A DNA stretch of 54,186 bases, filler included, from Sphacelaria rigidula (lineage: Eukaryota), in NCBI GenBank assembly GCA_964200075.2. It is 4 parts of 4 records of this genome, joined end to end, with 100 filler letters (N's around TTAATTAATTAA, not from the genome) between each part and the next. Parts side by side here need not be neighbours in the genome. Positions count along the whole stretch, not along the records: positions 13,573 to 27,044 come from CAXNAA020002861.1; 3 more parts are not named here. One strand, 5' to 3'. The position numbers and the translations under genes are program-made. Shown here in pieces: positions 13,573 through 25,825 of the stretch. The notes beneath the pieces are model-generated. The model was given only the letters and a program-made list of their open reading frames with translations. It had not been told where the DNA came from and made no database searches. Numbering within the stretch: the stretch's first letter is position 1; each line of letters opens with the position of its first letter.

Positions 13573-14429
13573 TGGTGCAAGTACCCTCGTTCATTCTTGC
13601 TTTATAGTATCTAGTCCCGAACCAGGCAATCGATCGAAACTGCAACTTGCCAACCGCGATGTTTACATATTGTTGGTAGTGTACACAGGCGGCAGTGGCA
13701 ACAAACATCACGGTTGCTGCTATCAGCCTGTGAAGTGCGGTACACAGACGATGATTAGAACCGCTTTTCACACGTGGGTTCCTGCGCTTGATCCGTCCGA
13801 CGTACGCTCAGGCGACTTTCATGTGTGACCTCGCCCACTGCAATGCGAGAGGTGACGGATACTTGCTGTTGTAACGCGATGTTGCTTTGCACAGCAACAC
13901 AGAGTAGCTTGTTATGGATGTACACAGGCAGTAGTGACAGCACACGTTTTCTGGTTGTCGTTGGTATACAGAGGCAACACACAAAATTTCCCCCCTGTCC
14001 AGTCTCATATTTTCCTTCCGCCAACTTGTTATTAATGCCCACAGGCAGTAGTGATCGCAAACGTTATGGCTGTCTCCGGTCTATCGAAGGCAGTGCATCG
14101 AACATGAAAACGACCGCGCTTGAGGCCCTGGCTTGTGCGCTCGACAGCGTAGAGACAACACAGCCGATTTTGATAAGAGCAAACTATATGGTTCGTGGTA
14201 CTTTATGTTGGGAGAATGAATGGCCGCTTGTATACAAGCGCATACAAGAAATCAGCACCACATTGCAGGGCAGAAGATACAAACACATACAGTTCAAAAC
14301 GAAGCTTGTCCCATGTTACGTTGTTCACATATTGTTATTTGTATTCACAGTCCGTTACGGAAAACATCATTGCTGTCTCCCGACTGTGAAAGGACCAAAA
14401 TACCGCAATAGAAATTGGGTGCACCGGCT

Positions 14430-15935
14430 TAGCTTATGCGCTGGACCCAACACTCTGACATGAAACAAAAGACGCGTCAAACGTTTCGGTGACCACGTTG
14501 AGCCTTCCGGTGGCAGCCTTGAGTTCTTTCCCAGCCTTCTTTGCGCGTTGAGGCGCCGCCTTGACCTTGCGCGCGGCTCTCAAGGTACAGGATAAGTCCT
14601 GGCCGGTTTTTCCCTTGTACTTCTGCATGCTGCGCGGGAGTTCGTTTTTTCTTGAATTTCCAAACGCAGAGTATTTGAGAATTCCGCATTTTTCACCTCG
14701 ATAAACCCTACTGTTCCTGAAGCCGCAAGTGCCGATTTCTCAACGCAGATATCTCGGCAACGAGGCAGAGGATCGGACTGCGGTTTAATGCGTGTGCTTC
14801 CCACACACCAGAACGTTTCAGTGCCGCAACGGCCTGTCGTAACGCGTGGGTGGAGCCCGCAGCACTGTGCAGCACTCTGCAAACCGCCAAAATGTACTAA
14901 AAACGCGTTCTCTTCGACGTTCGGGAGCGTTCCAGATCCGCTGTGGCAAATTGAGCAAACCCGCTGCAGCGCTGAATGAATCTAGTGTGTGCGCGGGGGC
15001 CTATCAAGTACCACAGGCCGATTTGATTCCTGTATCGAGAACTATGCGATGAAAAAATTACAGCTGTCGCATACTAAACGTAGGTAACTTGGTGTGGAGC
15101 GTGTGTTCTGTTCGGCATAGGTTCGGCACAGGTCCGACCAGTTCATGACGTCTTCAACACATCTTCAATACCCCTCCGCGTTCGTATTTAGTTTCGTTGA
15201 CCACGGAGTCTTGATCGGTCAGGCCGTCATTTACCCCCATGACAGTGTACAGACAGTCATTTTGAACATCGTAGCTCTGCGGACCTAGGCATACATGGTG
15301 CGCAGTCTAAAATCAAAATCACTCTTCGCGCCTTGGCTTCTCCGCTGGAACCGTTCACAAAGATCGGATAGTTTACATCTCATTCTAATACTATTCACAG
15401 TATATATTGGAAGAGACAGTTACCAAATACATGACCGCGGTCGCCAGCAGATGTCACGCACTTACTCAAGCTAAAGTCGCTCTCGATGCCTTGGCTTCTG
15501 CACTGGAGCCCTGACATGAAGCAGCTGCCAGCTTTGTCTTTCTTCTGTCAACTCTCCCTCTGTAGTTCGACACTTCAAAACATACTCGCCACGCGCATCA
15601 GATTCTTTTTATTTGCTGTCTTCGACCTTGAAAGACGCTACTGATCCTCAACCTAAAAGTGCCAATCGCACAACGCTTACAACTCGACACCGAAGCGGGG
15701 GAATGGACTGCGGTTTCTTGCGCGTGCTTCCCACACACCCAAGCTACGTCGTCTGGTTTGGTTTTCGCGTTTGAGCGTGATGCTGACTCGCCAATAGCCT
15801 AAATGTACTAAAATAAGGTGTTTTCCGCTTTGGGGGGGGAAATTTTCGGGCCGCTGACGCAACGCTAACAAACTATCAAACTAGGTCCTCTAGATATTGT
15901 GTATTCGCGGGGGGCTGTCAAGTTCCGTGGACCGT
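14430..15935. repeat. Diverged direct duplication (~14430-15030 vs ~15470-15935)
   Basis: Collinear shared blocks GGACTGCGGTTT..TGCG.GTGCTTCCCACACACC, AAATGTACTAAAA and CGCGGGGG.CT.TCAAGT.CC. Confidence 0.6.
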
Positions 15936-17467
15936 CTGCACGAGACGTAGCATTATCAGCAGCAGCATTATCAGCAGCATATTTATTGCCAGTTAATGTA
16001 CATGGCTGGGGGTGGATCTGACTCGACCGGCGCTGCTGCTGCTGCTGCTCTTGATCGTAGACGGTCCGCGTTTCGACCGTGCGACAACACCCACGCACCT
16101 TGCGGGTGATAGCCACCGCGCTGGACAGCTCTAACACACACACACAAATCGGTACCGGCTGATTTAGACCCACCCCCAGCCGCGTACATATACTGGCAGT
16201 AAAGATGCTGCTGATACTGCTGCTGTTGCTTCTTCTCCTCCTCGTGCGGAACGCGGTCCGCGTTTCGACCTGCGACAATATCAATACCCCCTCGCGCGCG
16301 ATTGCCGCCCTTCTTGAAGTCGCTGGTCTGTTCGCGTGCTGCTTTTACCATTCTGTATCACTTGTTTCCCACCCTACCATACTCGATTACAACGGCGCGT
16401 GATCTCTCGTGATGCTGCAGAACTGCTGTGTTGTCTTGTGTTGAGTGTAGTACTCTTTACTCCATACACCACTGCAGAGTCGTCTCATGTTGAGTGTAGT
16501 ACACTGTACTCCATATAATGTTTTCACGGTTTGAGCAGTTTTTCGAAAAGTTCTACTCGTTTTTTTTCAAGTATTCCGAAAAAACGAGAATATTTTCTGT
16601 AACAGAAATCTAATGCCGAAACTGGAATAACCTGGGATAACAACCAAATTGAAAATTGAGGAAGAAAATCATGACAACCTTCGAAAAACTGCGCACCCGG
16701 AAAAGGGGGGGAAGGGAGGGGAGGAGGGGGCTCCGTGTCCCAAAATCTTCTCCCGACAGGTCCTTGATTGCACAACTCTTCTTTCCAGCTCTCCTCCTGC
16801 TACTGTCCTGGGCTGTTGCAAGCCAACAGAGGGGAATGAGGCCTAGCCCAAGTCCGAAAAACAAATAACCGAACAGTGCAACCTTCTTGACCTCTCTGCG
16901 GCAGATGAGGTTTGAGTAGCGCACGCATATCCAGCAAAAATCCCGACAAGAATCGTGGCAAACAGCGAACAAATCGCTGATTTCAGTTCGATTATTTCAT
17001 CACAATCCGTACCCATGACCTCGGTGCCGTACTCGAATGATTACTCACTGCCTGCCTGCTCTTCGCCATCTCTAATACGCGATACAGACTCATGCGGAAA
17101 ATGACTGTCCGTATTCAAAACTATTTAAAGAATCTCCAGAGACTATAAAACGGTCCCGATGAATCTTTCGCACATACGAGCTCCCCGATTTTGACAGATT
17201 GAGATCTCCGTAGAACCGAGATTCGTCCCCAAAAAATAGTGCCACACAGCCAATTTGCACGAATATTCACGTCCGCCACCCGATTTGACGTCCGCGAATG
17301 CCGTGGACATACTCAATCATGGCAACATGAAAGCAATGTACCAGAGAGCAGCACGCCAATTACCTTTATTGGAACCGTACTTGCAAAGAATCTAGAACCA
17401 TGTCTTCATAATCAAAGTCATGAAACGCGCAGGATTACCTTCCTTTGACACGAGGGTGTTGTTGCAG

Positions 17468-17870
17468 GCTGACATCCACTTCTCGAATCCACAGCATGAA
17501 GCTGCAACTTTGCGCCTCGGATCAGGAGTTCACAGGCCCAAGAAAGCCCTCCTCATCGGTACAGGCTTCTACGGGCTGTTCCAACCGAAGGGAGAAGAAG
17601 TGCGACCCTGGCCAGGTCCTACTCACGGTGCGTAGCACCGATACAGGTATAAACAAAACGTTAAAATCGATTGAGATCGATCAAACCCTGTTGTTGCCCC
17701 AACAAGGACAAGAGAGAGCGGAGAATGGGGCAGTAGCAACGAGGGATGCTGCACGAGTGACATACCCCATTCCAACCGCGGAAATAATGTTCAAGCTGTA
17801 TCGACTCGGTGACGAATCGTTTGCAATTCTTGCCGTATATACTTGCCACCCACGCCGACAGCGTACTGTA
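17468..17870 (+). CDS. Two candidate exons (17468-17627 and 17707-~17870) of an unknown protein, probably the same large gene
   Basis: ttgcag| acceptor, G|GTGCGT donor, 79-nt intron, and an in-phase continuation GQERAENG...MFKLYRLGDESFAILAVYTCHP. Confidence 0.35.
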
Positions 17871-18409
17871 AACGCCTTGCTCTCCGATCCGCCGTGCCAC
17901 GATTACACACTTCGCTCAGCCGTCTGACACCTTTGATTCTCATGTGCACTGTCAAGTGTTCGAGGTTGGCAAGTGCACGCCTCATACGTTATCTTCCGAA
18001 CATGAGACATCCTCGACCAGCCGGTTGTTCCCTCGGTGATGCACGATTCATTCCCAGCGAAAACAGACATCGCAGTACTGCTACAGTACCCTCAGCAAAG
18101 CAGCATCTGACGCATGAACGTTCTGCAGTACGCTGTACTTGAGTCAACCAACAGGACAGACACAACAGCGTTCATGCCCGCTACAACGATAACAACACCC
18201 TTGTGCCAGCTGCTTCTTTCAAGAAGCCCTGGGTTGAACAAACAGCAGAATCCCGGCGCAGGCATCATCACAGTCACACAAGAATAGCTACACCCTGTCG
18301 CAACGGCACGCACGAAAACCGGGGCTGCGGCGGCGCATTTGAATATACCACCTAAATCTTCAGTAAGAACTGGCGCTGGGCTACTGATCGGCGTGCGACG
18401 AAGATATTA

Positions 18410-20910
18410 TTATCTCTGACTCGCAGAGGGGGGAAACGGAGCCGAAACTGCCAGCTCCATCTTCATGCCTTCCTCTTTACCATGAAACACCACTGAAGAA
18501 GCATCTACAGCAGCATCTCCTGCCCGGAGGTGTTCACGAACCATGGACAGCGTCCTGCGAATCCGCTTCTTCATTCTTTCATCACAAAAACCGCTGAAGT
18601 TATTGTCAATTCTGCTGCTCCCACTTTCATCAGAGGAGGTGGCCATGCCAACCCTCCTTCGCAAGCTCTGCATGGAACGCTGAAGGGGAGCACATTCTTC
18701 CAATTTCGCCCTCGTGTGCGGATTTGTCCCCAGAGGTCTGCCGTTGGCACCCTTGGCAGGCTGCGACGGCGCGGTACCAACACGTTCGGCACTTCCGAGC
18801 AAAACAGAACCGAAGCCAACGTCACCCCCCACCACCCCTGTGACTGGTGGAATATTTGGGTTGTCCGTCCTGGGTGGAATTTTCTTTCAAGATGTCTCCA
18901 TGTTGCCCTCGCCTGGTTAGTCGGCATACCTTACCCTGTTTGACGTCATCAACGCGATACACAAACCGATTCGAGGAGCCCTCGTTGCCGTACTTATTGC
19001 TCATTACAGTGACCATTCCCGCCCTCGCGTGATCGGCACAGAACTCCGCCTTCCGATTTCCCACTACACCGTACGATGGTTGTTTGGAGCAGCCCTCGTT
19101 GCCGCACTTCTTGCTCGCTACATTAATCATCCCCGCCCTGTCGTGATAGGCACAGAACTCCGACTTCCGGCTTCCCGCTACTCCGTACGATGGAACTTTG
19201 GAGCACCCCTCGTTGCCGCACTTCTTCTTCACTACATTCACCATCCCCGTCCTCGCGTGTTCGGCACAGAACTCCGCCTGCCGGCTTCCCGTTACTCCGT
19301 ACGATGGATGTTTGGAGCAACCCTCGTTGCCGCACTTCTTGCTCACGACATTAACCATCCCCGTCCTCGCGTGTTCGGCACAGAACTCCGCCTTCCGGCT
19401 TCCCACTACACCGTACGATGGTTGTTTGGAGCAGCCCTCGTTACCGCACTTCTTCACGACATTAACCATCCCGACCCTCGCGTGATCGGCACAGAACTCC
19501 GCCTGCCGGCTTCCCGCTACTCCGTACGATGGAACTTTGGAGCACCCCTCGTTGCCGCACTTCTTCTTCACTACATTAACCATTCCCGCCCTCGCGTGTT
19601 CGGCACAGAACTCCGCCTGCCGGCTTCCCGTTAGTCCGTACGATGGTCGTCGGGAGCAGCCCTCTTTGCAGCACTTCTTGCTCATCACATTAACCATTCT
19701 CGCCCTGGCGTGGTCGGTATAGACCCCCGCCTCCCGGCTTCCCGCTACACCGTCCGATGGTCCCATGGGTGGGGGCTTTCTGCCGCACTTCTCGCTCGCT
19801 ACATTGACCATTCCCGGTCCTGCGTGGTCGCCACAGAAGAGTCTTACCGTACTTCCCACTACACCGTACGATGGATGTTTGGAGCAACCCTCGTTGCTGC
19901 ACCTCTTGCTCAATACATTAACCATCCCTTCTCTCGCGTGATCGGGACAGAATTCCGCCTTCCGACTTCCCGCTACTCCGTGAGACCGATGTTTCGAGCA
20001 GCCCTCGTTGCCGCACTTCCTGCTCACGACATTAAGCATCCTCGCCCTGGCGTGGGTGGCACAGAACTCCGCCTTCCGGCTTCCCGCTACACCGTACGAT
20101 GGATGTTTGGAGCAGCCCTCGTTGCCGCACTTCTTCTTCACGACATCGACCATCCCCGCCCTGGCGTGGGTGGCACAGAACTCCGCCTTCCGGCTTCCCG
20201 CTACACCGTATGATGGATGTTTGGAGCAGCCCTCGTTGACGCACTTCTTTCACGACATCGACCATCCCCGCCCTGGCGTGGGTGGCACAGAACTCCACCT
20301 TCCGGCTTCCCGCTACTCCGTACGATGGAACTTTGGAGCAGCCTTCGTTGCCGCACTTCTTCACTACATTAACCATCCCGACCCTCGCATGGTCGGCACA
20401 AAACTCCATTTTCCGGCTTCCCGCAACACCGTACGATGGTTTCTTGGAGCAGCCCTTATTGCCACACTTCGTGCTCGCTACATTGACCATCCCAAGACTT
20501 GCGTGGTCAGCACAGAACTCCGCCTGGTGGCTTCCTGCTATACCGTACGATGGAACTTTGGAGCAGCCCTCGTTGCCGCACTGTTTGCTCCTTGGATTAG
20601 CCATCCCCGCCCTGGCGTGGTCGGCACAGAACTTCGCCTTGCGACTCCTTGCTACACCGTACAATAATAGTTTGGAGCAGCCCTCGTTGCCGCACCTTGA
20701 GCGCGCCCAACTGATGATCCCACCTCCGCGTGGTCGGCACAGACCACTTTTTCCAGCTTCCCGCTACACCGTACGATGGTTGTTTGGCGATGTCCTTGTT
20801 AACCGCACTATTTGTTTACTTCACTGACCATCTACACTTCGACGACGATGACGCCGGTCATGCCATGTGGTGATCATTTCAAGCAGCCATTCTGGGCGCA
20901 CTGCCAAGCT
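18410..20910 (-). pseudogene. EsV-1-7 cysteine-rich repeat protein gene, intronless, frameshifted in this assembly (about 15 repeats plus a low-complexity C-tail)
   Basis: Tandem 111-114 bp units encode C-x4-C-SK-x-PSYG-x2-G-x5-FC-x2-H-x3-GMVNV, the EsV-1-7 motif. ORFs 20032-20664 and 18822-20153 join across a +1 shift at TTT 20248-20250. A second +1 shift in the G6 run 18825-18830 joins ORF 18410-18835. Two decayed units with stops lie at ~20700-20910. Confidence 0.9.
18940..20700 (-). repeat. Coding tandem array, unit 111-114 bp, about 15-16 copies
   Basis: Recurring GGCACAGAACTCCGCC...CCGTACGATGG...TTTGGAGCA.CCCTCGTTGCCGCACTTC on the + strand. Confidence 0.95.
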
Positions 20911-22365
20911 AACGTCGCCGCTAGGTCGGCAAAGCGAGAGGCTCTAGCGCACACGATTTCGGCCGCTTCTAGCAGTCCCACTGTCAAATTGCCGAACTAG
21001 AGAGGCAGGCCGTCCCTCCCGATGCTGCCTGAGAATATTGAATGAAATCAAAGACAGGGTCAAATATTGTCAAGTGTTTGTCAACAGGGGCATACAGTAT
21101 TTCGAGGGGAAATGATAAGTACGGACGGCTCACATTTTGCGTGGGCCTCCACTATGTGATACGATCGGGTAGGCCTGTGCTTTGCCAGAAGTTCTATTTC
21201 GAATACATGAAGTACTGCTCCCGATTTCTCTGGTGGAGAGCTATGCAAAAACCTACATTTTTCCTTCACTAGGTTCTCCATTGGATTGCGCAGCCCACGC
21301 AAAAAAAACGACACACAAACACATGCCACACACTACGGCCAAAATTCAGCAGTATGCGATCTTATCGAGCGCAAAAAACACTACCAAATGTAAATATATT
21401 TTCTTCTTGAAAGTTGTGATATTCCGAGCATTCACAAGAAAATCATAGCCCACACTCTGTCGTCGTCTGTTGTGTCATGCAGAAATCTTGACAAAATTCA
21501 AATGTATGCACATCACAAATGTCTCGGCCTCAGTAAACTTCCTTCATCCAACTCGAGCCATTTGCGCGGATGAAGTGGCATGATTAAGAGGATGTTAGCG
21601 TCCTCGTCATGAGTACCGTCCGCCCACTTTCTGTATTGGTACATGCTGTCGCTGTAGCTGCGCGTATTGACATAACTGGCCGAGGACTCTAGGCCTCAAA
21701 AGGCAGGTAGGTTTCTCGGCGATTGATGGCTACCAACCTTTAGTTTCCGCAACACGCATGGACATGCATGTGACAAAGGAGTACGGAAAATTATCCAACA
21801 AGCACGTGGAACTACACCACAAAAACCGGGAATAACAACCCAAGTTGATCTTCTTATGACTGAGTCGGGAATTTTACCAAACCTGTGCGGAATCCTACTG
21901 TATTCTCGGTCAAGATCGACCCATTTTCCAAGCGATAGCTCAGAAACACGACATACTGAAGGAAAGGCAACTGGAACGACGGGTTATCACAACAGAAGCA
22001 ACAAACACGAGCATTTCTGCCGCTTCATGCGAGAACCGAGAGTCAGTGTCTTGCTGAATGCTGGACCTACTTAGCAAACTTATAGTCAACGTAACCAGGA
22101 GACATGGGATGGATGGGTCACTCATAAAATTCGAAAGATAGGGCAATAAAACTCCTCAGGTTTACTCATTAAAAAAGGGGTAGTAGGTATCGGTGTCTAC
22201 CGACTACGCAGTGTCCATTCCGTAGGGAAGTCACAAAGCCACGGTATCGCTTTTTGCGGTTAAGCCCATGCTTGAAGACATAAAGTTCGCGTTGGTTGGC
22301 CGTTATAAAAGCTCAGGTCCCGCCTCACACCGCTTCATGACAATCTCGAAGTATTCCGGAAGAGA

Positions 22366-22467
22366 CCCCATAACTAATATATGGCTACATCAATGATGCT
22401 CAACAAATACACGATCCCCCATAACTAATGCATGGCTACATCATTGATGCTCAACAAATACACGATC
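22366..22467. repeat. 51-bp tandem duplication (2 copies)
   Basis: CCCCATAACTAAT..ATGGCTACATCA.TGATGCTCAACAAATACACGATC twice, with 3 mismatches. Confidence 0.9.
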
Positions 22468-24213
22468 CTCGACGAGGCTATGATGGACTGCGCCATTTCC
22501 TTGAAGTTCCTCCATAGTATGCCTCGAGGGCTGATGCAGAGTTTGCGAATACATCTGGCTTCACATGTGCAGGTAGATACGCAATATGCACCGCTTCCCG
22601 TGTTTGTCACGACAAATCAAAACCAACTACTATGCGATTGGGACACCCTATTGTATGTGGTCGTGGTAATCTCGGATCATTTGGTATGGAGCAACCGGGG
22701 CGTCGGAGCAAAAACGCAAGAGTCAGCAGAACGGACCTCAAATGAAGCAAGTTTTGCACCAGCACATTGGACACGATAGCTGCTGAAAAATGGTGCTTCG
22801 GGTAGACGAGAATATTAACACATGGTAGCACCTTCAAGTAATAAAATCTCAGTGCACAGGGCGTGTGAACGTTACTCTGGGAGCGCATCACACCTAGCCC
22901 CCAACACGAGACCGGGGGTAATGTTTGGGAGGAATTTACTTCAGCAGGTCGACATACTTGAAATCTTGTGGCCTCGGCGTTTTGTTCATGGTCACTTTGT
23001 TCATGTCGTGGCATCTGTTACTTCATTCTTGGTGTCGTACATGAGTTCTCCGTGTTGTTTGATTATCGCACACTAGGTGATTCCCAAAAAATCGAGGCAT
23101 GGGTAAAAGGTAGACGCACTCGAGGTGAACAAAACGTCATCACTCGACACTGATGATGGAAACTTGAGCGAGGGGAAAGATTCACATAGGAATGATAAAA
23201 ATAGCCCACCCACAATCGGTTAAATACACAAGTGCTACAAACTTACCATCATCACATAGACCGCGCTTGTTCTTCCTCTTGTTCAACGCGACTTAAACCG
23301 ACTGCAATCCTGTCTAATGAGTTGCTCCCACGCCGATGACACAATGTTACATGTCTTTGTTAACAGTGATACAGTATCACGGCTTCGGTGCAATCAGTTC
23401 TTCTGATGCAATCACGCAGAAGCGCTTCTCCGCGGTTAGTTTCCCACTTGAGAGGGGGAAAAAATTCTCAGAAAAAATTAACTTCGAACAAACTTCAACA
23501 CTAACACCACCACTAACCCTAACCCAACGAAGGCACACCGAGAACCCTCGGGCGAGAGAGTGGAGAGTGTTGCCTAGGCAAAGGGTGCGTTGCCAGGCCT
23601 CAAATCGGCGCCCCAGGCACCGATATCGACAAAACCGCGTTATGTGCAAGCTAGGAGCACGCTTGGAGGATAGCCCCAATAAAGATCCGGATTTGGATGT
23701 TCACCCTAAAGTTAAGTCGAACTATCTGAGAAATATCTTACCCTCCCAAGTGGTGAACTATACTGGCTTCTCCACAGACAGCACCCTTGCAACCTCCCCT
23801 CCCCATGCCATGTTCTCCCAACTTGCCCTCGGAAGGAACGACATGGTGAGTAGGAGCCTCACTCTAGACCAGTAGGTGAGGTTTTCGATACATGTCGATA
23901 CTTTGCAGGAGACGGCACCCAATCAGGTCTTGACGTGGCTCTAATTGGGAGTATCGAGGCCATACCGTACGTTGGGTTCATGTCGGTATATGTTGGACAC
24001 AAGGCTGCCCCGTGCGCAACATGCTTAACCCGTAGACCGCGATGCGGGTAGTCCATCTCGATCACGCATATCCTTCTCGAGTGAAGTTGATGCCGATTCA
24101 TCACAGTGACCTACCGTCGCGGTCAAAGGGTTAAACATGTACTTACCCCGCCGGCTATGGAGATGTCGACGGATCGGTATATCGAGTCAGGAAAAAAGAC
24201 AGAAAATGGTGAA

Positions 24214-24613
24214 GAGTCCCACCGCGAATGATGACGGTCATTCGTACGTTTCACGACGGCATTCGAGCTCGGGTACAGCTAGATAGTGGCGGGCTATCAG
24301 CGTGGTTCCATATCTGCGAGGGGCTCAGACAAGGCTGTTGTGCAACATCTTCGGAGCAGCCTTGGGCGACGTGATGGTTGAGCGGTTCACGGCGGACCCA
24401 GTGATCGTCTTAGACTCAGTCTTTCTAGATGATGCGCCAAGAGGTGACGGTGGTGAACCCGTGGAAGAGACACCGCTGGAAAAGGTGCGACGCGCGGTGT
24501 GGGCAATACTCTTTGCGCACGACGCCGGCATAGTCTCGAGGACCTCAGACCGTGATAGTGGTGACCTGCCAGGAATTCGGCCTGACGGTCTCCGAGAGCA
24601 AGACAGAGTACAT
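24214..24613 (+). mobile_element. RTE-clade non-LTR retrotransposon reverse transcriptase remnant
   Basis: Reads [41 protein letters not shown], then NIF...VRRAVWAILFAHDAGIVSRT, then CQEFGLTVSESKTE, across frameshifts. GLRQGC and the decayed FADD (FAHD) are RT motifs. Confidence 0.88.
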
Positions 24614-24631
24614 CACGGGTGGCCGCTGGTG

Positions 24632-24898
24632 CACGTTATGGGAGGTTACATCGTTATATAACCTGGGCAATACCCATCATCTGATGTAAGGTCGGGTAAT
24701 CCACGTTAAGGGAGGTTACACAGCAACATGAACTAGATTATTTTCAGCACCTGATGCAAGGTCGCGTGATCCACGTTACAGGAGGTGATACAGCAAGCAC
24801 AACCTGGACTACTTTCAGCACCTGATGTAAGGTCGCGTAATCGACGCTCCAGGAGGTCATATGACAACATCACTTTGATCATTTTCAGCACTTCATAC
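24632..24898. repeat. Degenerate minisatellite, ~70-bp unit x ~4
   Basis: Repeated CACGTTA..GGAGGT.A.A....TTTTCAGCACCTGATGTAAGGTCGCGTAATC. Confidence 0.7.
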
Positions 24899-25331
24899 CA
24901 CGTGATTTTACAAGTTGAGGATATGTTTTTTATTGGGGATGAGAACCCGGAGAATACAAATCTTCGTATCCACACCAAATCTTCGTATCCACACCTATGG
25001 TTTCATTTCTTCACTTGCCGGTAGCTTTTGACAACTACTACAAGTCATACAGATTTGGATTCCGATCACCGAAATGTTGAGGTCCTAGGGGAAAAACCAA
25101 TGATGGGGAATTTTGGTGATCCGATCGGACCCCAAAATTGGTTTTTCACCTAGGACTCCAACATTTCGGTTGTCAAGATCCAAATTTGTATGGCGTGGAA
25201 TAGTTGCCAACAGCTACCAGAAAGTGGATAAATGGGACCATATCGCGGAGAATTGGTGTGGATACGAAGATTTTAATTCTCCGGGTCCTCTTTCGCCAAA
25301 AAAAAACATCCCAAATTTGTAAAATCACGTG
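24899..25331. mobile_element. ~430-bp foldback/MITE-like element with long imperfect inverted arms
   Basis: CACGTGATTTTACAA...ACCCGGAGAAT...ATCTTCGTATCCACACC...GTCCTAGG.GAAAAACCAAT is mirrored on the right arm. Flanks CTTCATAC / CTTCATGA resemble a decayed 8-bp TSD. Confidence 0.75.
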
Positions 25332-25656
25332 CTTCATGAAAGGTCAGAGAACCTCGGAGGGAGCGTGCCGCGAGCCGAACACGCAGCCTTCCTTACAGGG
25401 CGCCCCCTCCCCTCTTTTTTCACCGTCAGCTCAGCTCATGTATTTGAAGCAGCAGTCGATAATTTCCAGGGTGTTCTTCGGCATAACATACCGCCAACGG
25501 CTGGTATTGTATGTAACGCCGCATCAGCATTGCGGGAATAAAACAAAAAATGTTGGAAAATAAAAATAAAATTAGTGGGGGCGGGAATCGAACTCGCCTG
25601 GAAGGGTCTGGAATCCACTACTGGCCAGATGGTGGCCAATGAAAAAATAACGCACC

Positions 25657-25825
25657 TTGAAAGTCCTAGTATACCTGAACACGACTAGAAACTACGGTCT
25701 GACGTCCAGTTCAGGGGAAAGTGTGCTCTCAGTTTATTGTGATGCTGACTACGCCAAGAAAGAGACAAACCGGCGATCAGTTTCCGGGGTAGCGGTGATG
25801 TACGGAGGGGTAGCAGTATCGAGCA
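25657..25825 (+). mobile_element. Ty1/Copia RT-RNase H junction remnant
   Basis: KVLVYLNTTRNYGLT...LSVYCDADYAKKETNRRSVSGVAVMYGGVAVS matches the Copia RNase H start Y.DADY/W....DR.S.SG. Confidence 0.85.

Noticed and set aside
18940-20700. Regularly spaced repeats resembling a CRISPR array (also 24632-24898)
   Set aside because: The units are similar along their whole length with no unique spacers, no cas genes are present, and the context is eukaryotic.
19029-20827. Long + strand ORFs over the EsV-1-7 array
   Set aside because: Antisense shadows of the repeat gene; the conserved C/H motif is on -.
23505-23530. CCCTAA telomere-like repeat
   Set aside because: Only about two units; too short to call an interstitial telomere.
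25575-25640. tRNA-like B box on - (GTTCGATTCCCG); similar at ~33230
   Set aside because: No convincing A box or cloverleaf; at most a decayed SINE/tRNA fragment.
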